A DNA stretch of 64,000 nucleotides from Eledone cirrhosa (Eukaryota). The notes below the pieces were generated by a model. It was not told the DNA's origin. It ran no database searches and saw only the letters and a program-made list of their open reading frames with translations. The stretch is taken from positions 28,272,001 to 28,336,000 of the forward strand of contig OZ024764.1 in assembly GCA_964016885.1 (NCBI GenBank), written 5' to 3'. Shown here piece by piece: positions 53,301 through 64,000 of the stretch. A program made the translations under genes and the position numbers. Each line of letters begins with the position of its first letter. Within the stretch, counting starts at the first letter, position 1.

Positions 53301-55300
53301 ATGCTGTTTTGTGCATGTCATCGAAGAGCGTATACATTTTTGTGGGACAGCCCGTTGTCGCCTCTATTCAGCACTTCTACATGCTGTTTTGGGCAGGTCA
53401 TAGAAGAGCGTATACATTTTTGTGGGACAGCCCGTTGTCGCCACTATTCAGCACTTCTAAATGCTGTTTTGTGCAGGTCATCGAAGAGCGTATACATTTT
53501 TATGGGACAGCCCGTTGTTGCCACTATTCAGCACTTCTAAATGCTGTTTTGTGCCGGTCATAGAAGAGCGTATACATTTTTGTGGGACAGCCCGTTGTCG
53601 CCTCTATTCAGCACTTCTACATGCTGTTTTGGGCAGGTCATCGAAGAGCGTATACATTTTTGTGGGACAGCCCGTTGTCGCCTCCCTACAGCACTTCTAA
53701 GTGCTGCTTTGTGCAGGTCATCGAAGAGCGTATACATTTTTGTGGGACAGCCCGTTGTTGCTTCCCTACAGCACTTCTAAGTGCTGCTTTGTGCAGCTCA
53801 TAGAAGTGTATACATTTTTGTGGGACAGCCCGTTGTCGCCTCTATTCAGCACTTCTAAATGCTGTTTTGTGCAGGTCATAGAAGAGCGTATACATTTTTG
53901 TGGGACAGCCCGTTGTCGCCTCTATTCATCACTCCTAAATGCTGTTTTATGCAGGTCATACAAGAGCGTATACATTTTTGTGGGACAGCCAGTTGTCGCC
54001 TCTATTTAGCACTCCTAAATGCTGTTTTATGCAGGTCATACAAGAGCGTATACATTTTTGTGGGACAGCTCGTTGTCGCCACTACTCGGCACTTCTAAAT
54101 GCTGTTTTGTGCCGGTCATAGAAGAGCGTATACATTTTTGTGGGACAGCCCATTGTCGCCTCTATTCAGCACTTCTAAATGCTGTTTTGTGCAGGTCATC
54201 GAAGAGCGTATACATTTTTGTGAGACAGCCCATTGTCGCCTCTATTCAGCACTGCTAAATGCTGTTTTGTGCAGGTCATAGAAGAGCGTATACATTTTTG
54301 TGGGACAGCCCGTTGTCGCCTTTATTCAGCACTTGTAAATGCTGTTTTGTGCAGCTCATAGAAGAGCGTATACATTTTTGTGGGACAGCCCTTTGTCGCC
54401 TCCCTACACCACTTCTAAGTGCTGCTTTGTGCAGGTCATCGAAGAGCGTATACATTTTTGTGGGACAGCCCGTTGTCGCCTCCCTACAGCACTTCTAAGT
54501 GCTGCTTTGAGCAGCTCATAGAAGAGCGTATACATTTTTGTGGGACAGCCCGTTGTCGCCTCCTTACAGCACTTCTAAATGCTACTTTGTGCAGGACATC
54601 GAAGAGCGTATACATTTTTGTGGGACAGCCAGTTGTCGCCTCCTTACAGCACTTCTAAATGCTGTTTTGTGCAGGTCATCGAAGAGCGTATACATTTTTG
54701 TGGGACAGCCCGTTGTCGCCTCCCTACAGCACTTCTAAGTGCTGCTTTGAGCAGCTCATAGAAGAGCGTATACATTTTTGTGGGACAGCCCGTTGTCGCC
54801 TCCTTACAGCACTTCTAAATGCTACTTTGTGCAGGACATCGAAGAGCGTATACATTTTTGTGGGACAGCCAGTTGTCGCCTCCTTACAGCACTTCTAAAT
54901 GCTGTTTTGTGCAGGTCATCGAAGAGCGTATACATTTTTGTGGGACAGCCCGTTGTCGCCTCTATTCAACACTTCTAAATGCTGTTTTATGCAGGTCATA
55001 CAAGAGCGTATACATTTTTGTGGGACAGCGCATTGTCGCCTCCTTTCAGCACTTCTAAATGCTGCTTTGTGCAGGTCATCGAAGAGCGTATACATTTTTG
55101 GGGGACAGCCCGTTGTCGCCTCCCTACAGCACTTCTAAGTGCTGCTTTGTGCAGGTCATAGAAGAGCGTATACATTTTTGTGGGACAGCCCGTTGTCGCC
55201 TCTATTCAGCACTTCTAAATGCTGCTTTTTGCAGGTCATAGAAGAGCGTATACATTTTTGTGGGACAGCCAGTTGTCGCCTCCTTACAGCACTTCTAAAT
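47350..55300. repeat. Diverged tandem duplication of about 3.8-4.2 kb with whole-monomer indels
   Basis: Collinear rare variants with changing offsets: 47549/51465 (3916), 48345/52101 (3756), 49145/52981 (3836), 49465/53461 (3996) and 50745/54979 (4234). Confidence 0.8.
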
Positions 55301-55549
55301 GCTGTTTTGTGCAGGTCATCGAAGAGCGTATACATTTTTGTGGGACAGCCCGTTGTCGCCTCTATTCAGCACTTCTACATGCTGTTTTGGGCAGGTCATA
55401 GAAGAGCGTATACATTTTTGTGGGACAGCCCGTTGTCGCCACTATTCAGCACTTCTAAATTCTGTTTTGTGCAGGTCATCGAAGAGCGTATACATTTTTA
55501 TGGGACAGCCCGTTGTTGCCACTATTCAGCACTTCTAAATGCTGTTTTG

Positions 55550-58500
55550 TGCAGGTCATCGAAGAGCGTATACATTTTTGTGGGACAGCCCGTTGTCGCC
55601 TCTATTCAGCACTTCTAAATGCTGCTTTTTGCAGGTCATAGAAGAGCGTATACATTTTTGTGGGACAGCCAGTTGTCGCCTCCTTACAGCACTTCTAAAT
55701 GCTGTTTTGGGCAGGTCATAGAAGAGCGTATACATTTTTGTGGGACAGCCCGTTGTCGCCACTATTCAGCACTTCTAAATGCTGTTTTGTGCAGGTCATC
55801 GAAGAGCGTATACATTTTTATGGGACAGCCCGTTGTCGCTTCCCTACAGCACTTCTAAGTGCTGCTTTGTGCAGCTCATAGAAGAGCGTATACATTTTTG
55901 TGGGACAGCCCGTTGTCGCCTCTATTCAGCACTTCTAAATGCTGCTTTGTGCAGGTCGTAGAAGAGCATATACATTTTTGTGGGACAGCCCATTGTCGCC
56001 TCTATTCAGCACTGCTAAATGCTGTTTTGTGCAGGTCATAGAAGAGCGTATACATTTTTGTGGGACAGCCCGTTGTCGCCACTATTCAGCACTTCTAAAT
56101 GCAGTTTTGTGCAGGTCATCGAAGAGCGTATACATTTTTATGGGACAGCCCGTTGTCGCCACTATTCAGCACTTCTAAATGCTGTTTTATGCAGGTCATA
56201 CAAGAGCGTATACATTTTTGTGGGACAGCTCGTTGTCGCCTCCTTTCAGCACTTCTAAATGCTGCTTTGTGCAGGTCATCGAAGAGCGTATACATTTTTG
56301 TGGGACAGCCCGTTGTCGCCTCTATTCAGCACTCCTAAATGCTGTTTTATGCAGGTCATACAAGAGCGTATACATTTTTATGGGACAGCCCGTTGTCGCC
56401 TTTATTCAGCACTTGCAAATGCTGTTTTGTGCATGTCATCGAAGAGCGTATACATTTTTGTGGGACAGCCCGTTGTCGCCTCCCTACACCACTTCTAAGT
56501 GGTTTTGTGCAGGTCATAGAAGAGCGTATACATTTTTGTGGGACAGCCCGTTGTCGCCTTTATTCAGCACTTCTAAATGCTGTTTTGGGCAGGTCATAGA
56601 AGAGCGTATACATTTTTGTGGGACAGCCCGTTGTCGCCTTTATTCAGCACTTCTAAATGCTGTTTTGGGCAGGTCATAGAAGAGTGTATACATTTTTGTG
56701 GGACAGCTCGTTGTCGCCTCCTTTCAGAACTTCTAAATGCTGCTTTGTGCAGGTCATTGAAGAGCGCATACATTTTTGTGGGACAGCCCTTTGCCGCCTC
56801 TATTCAGAACTTCTAAATGCTGTTTGGGCAGGTCATAGAAGAGCGTATACATTTTTGTGGGACAGCCCGTTGTCGCCTCCTTACAGCACTTCTAAATGCT
56901 GTTTTGTGCAGGTCATCGAAGAGCGTATACATTTTTGTGGGACAGCTTTTTGACGCCTCTATTCAGCACTTCTAAATGCTGTTTTATGCAGGTCATCGAA
57001 GAGGGTATACATTTTTGTGGGACAGCCCGTTGTCGCCTCCTTTCAGCACTTCTAAATGCTGCTTTGTGTAGGTCATCGAAGAGCGTATACATTTTTGTGG
57101 GACAGCCCTTTGCCGCCTCTATTCAGCACTTCTAAATGCTGCTTTGTGCAGGTCATAGAAGAGCGTATACATTTTTGTGGGACAGCCCGTTGTCGCCTCC
57201 TTACAGCACTTCTAAATGCTGTTTTGTGCAGGTCATCGAAGAGCGTATACATTTTTGTGGGACAGCTTTTTGACGCCTCTATTCAGCACTTCTAAATGCT
57301 GTTTTATGCAGGTCATCGAAGAGCGTATACATTTTTGTGGGACAGCCCGTTGTCGCCTCTATTCAGCACTTCTAAATGCTGTTTTATGCAGGTCATCGAA
57401 GAGCGTATACATTTTTGTGGGACAGCTCGTTGTTGCCTCCTTTCAGCACTTCTAAATGCTGCTTTGTGCAGGTCATCGAAGAGCGTATACATTTTTGTGG
57501 GACAGCCCTTTGCCGCCTCTATTCAGCACTTCTAAATGCTGCTTTGTGCAGGTCATAGAAGAGTGTATACATTTTTGTGGGACAGCCCGTTGTCGCCTCC
57601 TTACAGCACTTCTAAATGCTGTTTTGTGCAGGTCATCGAAGAGCGTATACATTTTTGTGGGACAGCCCTTTGTCGCCTCTATTCAGCACGTCTAAATGCT
57701 GTTTTGGGCAGGTCATAGAAGAGTGTATACATTTTTGTGGGACAGCCCTTTGCCGCCTATATTCAGCACTCCTAAATGCTGTTTTGGGCAGGTCATAGAA
57801 GAGCGTATACATTTTTGTGGGACAGCCCGTTGTCGCCTTTATTCATCACTTGTAAATGCTGTTTTGTGCAGCTCATAGAAGAGCGTATACATTTTTGTGG
57901 GACAGCCCTTTGTCGCCTCCCTACACCACTTCTAAGTGCTGCTTTGTGCAGGTCATCGAAGAGCGTATACATTTTTGTGGAACAGCCCGTTGTCGCCTCC
58001 CTACAGCACTTCTAAGTGCTGCTTTGAGCAGGTCATAGAAGAGCGTATACATTTTTGTGGGACAGCCCGTTGTCGCCTCTATTCAGCACTTCTAAATGCT
58101 GCTTTTTGCAGGTCATAGAAGAGCGTATACATTTTTGTGGGACAGCTCATTGTCGCCTCCTTTCAGCACTTCTAAATGCTGCTTTGTGCAGGTCATCGAA
58201 GAGCGTATACATTTTTGTGGGACAGCCCGTTATCGCCTCTATTCAGCACTTGTAAATGCTGCTTTTTGCAGGTCATAGAAGAGCGTATACATTTTTGTGG
58301 GACAGCCCGTTGTCGCCTCCCTACAGCACTTCTAAGTGCTGCTTTGTGCAGGTCATAGAAGAGCGTATATATTTTTGTGGGACAGCCCGTTGTCGCCTCT
58401 ATTCAGCACTTCTAAATGCTGCTTTTTGCAGGTCATAGAAGAGCGTATACATTTTTGTGGGACAGCCAGTTGTCGCCTCCTTACAGCACTTCTAAATGCT

Positions 58501-61500
58501 GTTTTGTGCAGGTCATCGAAGAGCGTATACATTTTTGTGGGACAGCCTGTTGTCGCCACTATTCAGCACTTCTAAATGCTGTTTTGTGCAGGTCATCGAA
58601 GAGCGTATACATTTTTATGGGACAGCCCGTTGTTGCCACTATTCAGCACTTCTAAATGCTGTTTTGTGCCGGTCATAGAAGAGCATATACATTTTTGTGG
58701 GACAGCCCGTTGTCGCCTCTATTCAGCACTTCTACATGCTGTTTTGGGCAGGTCATCGAAGAGCGTATACATTTTTGTGGGACAGCCCGTTGTCGCCTCC
58801 CTACAGCACTTCTAAGTGCTGCTTTGTGCAGGTCATCGAAGAGCGTATACATTTTTGTGGGACAGCCCGTTGTCGCCTCCCTACAGCACTTCTAAGTGCT
58901 GCTTTGTGCAGGTCATCGAAGAGCGTATACATTTTTATGGGACAGCCCGTTGTTGCCACTATTCAGCACTTCTAAATGCTGTTTTGTGCAGGTCATCGAA
59001 GAGCGTATACATTTTTGTGGGACAGCCCGTTGTCGCCTCTATTCAGCACTTCTAAATGCTGCTTTTTGCAGGTCATAGAAGAGCGTATACATTTTTGTGG
59101 GACAGCCAGTTGTCGCCTCCTTACAGCACTTCTAAATGCTGTTTTGGGCAGGTCATAGAAGAGCGTATACATTTTTGTGGGACAGCCCGTTGTCGCCACT
59201 ATTCAGCACTTCTAAATGCTGTTTTGTGCAGGTCATCGAAGAGCGTATACATTTTTATGGGACAGCCCGTTGTTGCCACTATTCAGCACTTCTAAATGCT
59301 GTTTTGCGCAGGTCATCGAAGAGCGTATACATTTTTGTGGGACAGCCCGTTGTCGCCTCCCTACAGCACTTCTAAGTGCTGCTTTGTGCAGGTCATCGAA
59401 GAGCGTATACATTTTTGTGGGACAACCCGTTGTCGCTTCCCTACAGCACTTCTAAGTGCTGCTTTGTGCAGCTCATAGAAGAGCGTATACATTTTTGTGG
59501 GACAGCCCGTTGTCGCCTCTATTCAGCACTTCTAAATGCTGCTTTGTGCAGGTCGTAGAAGAGCATATACATTTTTGTGGGACAGCCCATTGTCGCCTCT
59601 ATTCAGCACTGCTAAATGCTGTTTTGTGCAGGTCATAGAAGAGCGTATACATTTTTGTGGGACAGCCCGTTGTCGCCACTATTCAGCACTTCTAAATGCA
59701 GTTTTGTGCAGGTCATCGAAGAGCGTATACATTTTTATGGGACAGCCCGTTGTCGCCACTATTCAGCACTTCTAAATGCTGTTTTATGCAGGTCATACAA
59801 GAGCGTATACATTTTTGTGGGACAGCTCGTTGTCGCCTCCTTTCAGCACTTCTAAATGCTGCTTTGTGCAGGTCATCGAAGAGCGTATACATTTTTGTGG
59901 GACAGCCCGTTGTCGCCTCTATTCAGCACTCCTAAATGCTGTTTTATGCAGGTCATACAAGAGCGTATACATTTTTATGGGACAGCCCGTTGTCGCCTTT
60001 ATTCAGCACTTGCAAATGCTGTTTTGTGCATGTCATCGAAGAGCGTATACATTTTTGTGGGACAGCCCGTTGTCGCCTCCCTACACCACTTCTAAGTGGT
60101 TTTGTGCAGGTCATAGAAGAGCGTATACATTTTTGTGGGACAGCCCGTTGTCGCCTTTATTCAGCACTTCTAAATGCTGTTTTGGGCAGGTCATAGAAGA
60201 GCGTATACATTTTTGTGGGACAGCCCGTTGTCGCCTTTATTCAGCACTTCTAAATGCTGTTTTGGGCAGGTCATAGAAGAGTGTATACATTTTTGTGGGA
60301 CAGCTCGTTGTCGCCTCCTTTCAGAACTTCTAAATGCTGCTTTGTGCAGGTCATCGAAGAGCGCATACATTTTTGTGGGACAGCCCTTTGCCGCCTCTAT
60401 TCAGAACTTCTAAATGCTGTTTGGGCAGGTCATAGAAGAGCGTATACATTTTTGTGGGACAGCCCGTTGTCGCCTCCTTACAGCACTTCTAAATGCTGTT
60501 TTGTGCAGGTCATCGAAGAGCGTATACATTTTTGTGGGACAGCTTTTTGACGCCTCTATTCAGCACTTCTAAATGCTGTTTTATGCAGGTCATCGAAGAG
60601 GGTATACATTTTTGTGGGACAGCCCGTTGTCGCCTCTATTCAGCACTTCTAAATGCTGTTTTATGCAGGTCATCGAAGAGCGTATACATTTTTGTGGGAC
60701 AGCTCGTTGTTGCCTCCTTTCAGCACTTCTAAATGCTGCTTTGTGCAGGTCATCGAAGAGCGTATACATTTTTGTGGGACAGCCCTTTGCCGCCTCTATT
60801 CAGCACTTCTAAATGCTGCTTTGTGCAGGTCATAGAAGAGCGTATACATTTTTGTGGGACAGCCCGTTGTCGCCTCCTTACAGCACTTCTAAATGCTGTT
60901 TTGTGCAGGTCATCGAAGAGCGTATACATTTTTGTGGGACAGCTTTTTGACGCCTCTATTCAGCACTTCTAAATGCTGTTTTATGCAGGTCATCGAAGAG
61001 CGTATACATTTTTGTGGGACAGCCCGTTGTCGCCTCTATTCAGCACTTCTAAATGCTGTTTTATGCAGGTCATCGAAGAGCGTATACATTTTTGTGGGAC
61101 AGCTCGTTGTTGCCTCCTTTCAGCACTTCTAAATGCTGCTTTGTGCAGGTCATCGAAGAGCGTATACATTTTTGTGGGACAGCCCTTTGCCGCCTCTATT
61201 CAGCACTTCTAAATGCTGCTTTGTGCAGGTCATAGAAGAGTGTATACATTTTTGTGGGACAGCCCGTTGTCGCCTCCTTACAGCACTTCTAAATGCTGTT
61301 TTGTGCAGGTCATCGAAGAGCGTATACATTTTTGTGGGACAGCCCTTTGTCGCCTCTATTCAGCACGTCTAAATGCTGTTTTGGGCAGGTCATAGAAGAG
61401 TGTATACATTTTTGTGGGACAGCCCTTTGCCGCCTATATTCAGCACTCCTAAATGCTGTTTTGGGCAGGTCATAGAAGAGCGTATACATTTTTGTGGGAC

Positions 61501-64000
61501 AGCCCGTTGTCGCCTTTATTCATCACTTGTAAATGCTGTTTTGTGCAGCTCATAGAAGAGCGTATACATTTTTGTGGGACAGCCCTTTGTCGCCTCCCTA
61601 CACCACTTCTAAGTGCTGCTTTGTGCAGGTCATCGAAGAGCGTATACATTTTTGTGGAACAGCCCGTTGTCGCCTCCCTACAGCACTTCTAAGTGCTGCT
61701 TTGAGCAGGTCATAGAAGAGTGTATACATTTTTGTGGGACAGCCCGTTGTCGCCTCTATTCAGCACTTCTAAATGCTGCTTTTTGCAGGTCATAGAAGAG
61801 CGTATACATTTTTGTGGGACAGCTCATTGTCGCCTCCTTTCAGCACTTCTAAATGCTGCTTTGTGCAGGTCATCGAAGAGCGTATACATTTTTGTGGGAC
61901 AGCCCGTTATCGCCTCTATTCAGCACTTGTAAATGCTGCTTTTTGCAGGTCATAGAAGAGCGTATACATTTTTGTGGGACAGCCCGTTGTCGCCTCCCTA
62001 CAGCACTTCTAAGTGCTGCTTTGTGCAGGTCATAGAAGAGCGTATATATTTTTGTGGGACAGCCCGTTGTCGCCTCTATTCAGCACTTCTAAATGCTGCT
62101 TTTTGCAGGTCATAGAAGAGCGTATACATTTTTGTGGGACAGCCAGTTGTCGCCTCCTTACAGCACTTCTAAATGCTGTTTTGTGCAGGTCATCGAAGAG
62201 CGTATACATTTTTATGGGACAGCCCGTTGTTGCCACTATTCAGCACTTCTAAATGCTGTTTTGTGCCGGTCATAGAAGAGCGTATACATTTTTGTGGGAC
62301 AGCCCGTTGTCGCCTCTATTCAGCACTTCTACATGCTGTTTTGGGCAGGTCATCGAAGAGCGTATACATTTTTGTGGGACAGCCCGTTGTCGCCTCCCTA
62401 CAGCACTTCTAAGTGCTGCTTTGAGCAGGTCATAGAAGAGCGTATACATTTTTGTGGGACAGCCCGTTGTCGCCTCTATTCAGCACTTCTAAATGCTGCT
62501 TTTTGCAGGTCATAGAAGAGCGTATACATTTTTGTGGGACAGCTCATTGTCGCCTCCTTTCAGCACTTCTAAATGCTGCTTTGTGCAGGTCATCGAAGAG
62601 CGTATACATTTTTGTGGGACAGCCCGTTATCGCCTCTATTCAGCACTTGTAAATGCTGCTTTTTGCAGGTCATAGAAGAGCGTATACATTTTTGTGGGAC
62701 AGCCCGTTGTCGCCTCCCTACAGCACTTCTAAGTGCTGCTTTGTGCAGGTCATAGAAGAGCGTATATATTTTTGTGGGACAGCCCGTTGTCGCCTCTATT
62801 CAGCACTTCTAAATGCTGCTTTTTGCAGGTCATAGAAGAGCGTATACATTTTTGTGGGACAGCCAGTTGTCGCCTCCTTACAGCACTTCTAAATGCTGTT
62901 TTGTGCAGGTCATCGAAGAGCGTATACATTTTTGTGGGACAGCCTGTTGTCGCCACTATTCAGCACTTCTAAATGCTGTTTTGTGCAGGTCATCGAAGAG
63001 CGTATACATTTTTATGGGACAGCCCGTTGTTGCCACTATTCAGCACTTCTAAATGCTGTTTTGTGCCGGTCATAGAAGAGCGTATACATTTTTGTGGGAC
63101 AGCCCGTTGTCGCCTCTATTCAGCACTTCTACATGCTGTTTTGGGCAGGTCATCGAAGAGCGTATACATTTTTGTGGGACAGCCCGTTGTCGCCTCCCTA
63201 CAGCACTTCTAAGTGCTGCTTTGTGCAGGTCATCGAAGAGCGTATACATTTTTGTGGGACAGCCCGTTGTCGCCTCCCTACAGCACTTCTAAGTGCTGCT
63301 TTGTGCAGGTCATCGAAGAGCGTATACATTTTTATGGGACAGCCCGTTGTTGCCACTATTCAGCACTTCTAAATGCTGTTTTGTGCAGGTCATCGAAGAG
63401 CGTATACATTTTTATGGGACAGCCCGTTGTTGCCACTATTCAGCACTTCTAAATGCTGCTTTTTGCAGGTCATAGAAGAGCGTATACATTTTTGTGGGAC
63501 AGCCAGTTGTCGCCTCCTTACAGCACTTCTAAATGCTGTTTTGGGCAGGTCATAGAAGAGCGTATACATTTTTGTGGGACAGCCCGTTGTCGCCACTATT
63601 CAGCACTTCTAAATGCTGTTTTGTGCAGGTCATCGAAGAGCGTATACATTTTTATGGGACAGCCCGTTGTTGCCACTATTCAGCACTTCTAAATGCTGTT
63701 TTGCGCAGGTCATCGAAGAGCGTATACATTTTTGTGGGACAGCCCGTTGTCGCCTCCCTACAGCACTTCTAAGTGCTGCTTTGTGCAGGTCATCGAAGAG
63801 CGTATACATTTTTGTGGGACAGCCCGTTGTCGCTTCCCTACAGCACTTCTAAGTGCTGCTTTGTGCAGCTCATAGAAGAGCGTATACATTTTTGTGGGAC
63901 AGCCCGTTGTCGCCTCTATTCAGCACTTCTAAATGCTGCTTTGTGCAGGTCGTAGAAGAGCATATACATTTTTGTGGGACAGCCCATTGTCGCCTCTATT
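55550..64000. repeat. Tandem duplication with offsets 3437/3597/3677/4397 bp, including nested 400-bp and 720-bp local duplications
   Basis: ORF pairs 55619/59056, 55939/59536, 57216/60893 and 58096/62493; local pairs 60493/60893 and 61773/62493. Shared CAGAACTT (about 56725 and 60322) and CGTATATATT (about 58365, 62041, 62761). Confidence 0.85.

Larger units (their letters stand above)
1..64000 (+). repeat. 80-bp tandem satellite DNA array, about 800 head-to-tail monomers, running off both window ends
   Basis: The motif GAAGAGCGTATACATTTTT(G/A)TGGGACAG recurs every 80 bp throughout, and ORF starts step by 80 (125, 205, 365, 445, ...). Monomers differ by a few substitutions, with occasional 79-, 78- and 67-bp copies. 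The strand label only marks the orientation of the consensus as written. Confidence 0.99.

Noticed and set aside
99-63955. Hundreds of 60-345 aa ORFs, including 3865-4902 (345 aa)
   Set aside because: They are the three rotating frames of an 80-bp unit, which is not a multiple of 3. They overlap in all frames, and their length depends on chance loss of TAA/TAG or on 1-2 bp indels. There is no recognisable domain or codon-level constraint.
1-64000. CRISPR array or repeat-spacer cassette system
   Set aside because: There are no unique spacers: the variable parts are point variants of one consensus. No cas, recombinase or reverse transcriptase gene and no leader is present in the window.
1-64000. 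Embedded transposon, telomeric repeat, unique island or strand inversion
   Set aside because: None seen. The 80-bp register continues on the same strand from start to end, and the ORF track shows no non-repeat peptide.

Overview
The whole 64-kb window is one uninterrupted, head-to-tail tandem array of an 80-bp satellite monomer (about 800 copies, all in one orientation). The consensus read by eye is CTAAATGCTGTTTTGTGCAGGTCATCGAAGAGCGTATACATTTTTGTGGGACAGCCCGTTGTCGCCTCTATTCAGCACTT (46% GC; 27 T versus 16 A on the + strand). I see no unique sequence, gene, RNA gene, transposon or inversion, and the ORF track is an artefact of translating the repeat. A few dozen recurring monomer variants are arranged in nested, irregular higher-order duplications, from 2-3 monomers up to 62- and 75-monomer units. 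The variant repertoire changes at about 46-48 kb. Each monomer carries an 18-bp dyad, CAGCACTT-CT-AARTGCTG, and one variant restores pairing through changes in both arms. The architecture resembles a eukaryotic centromeric or pericentromeric satellite, but I do not recognise the family or organism and the sequence cannot show function. I found no evidence of a new coding system; the interest lies in repeat structure and evolution. Duplication boundaries are approximate to about one monomer.
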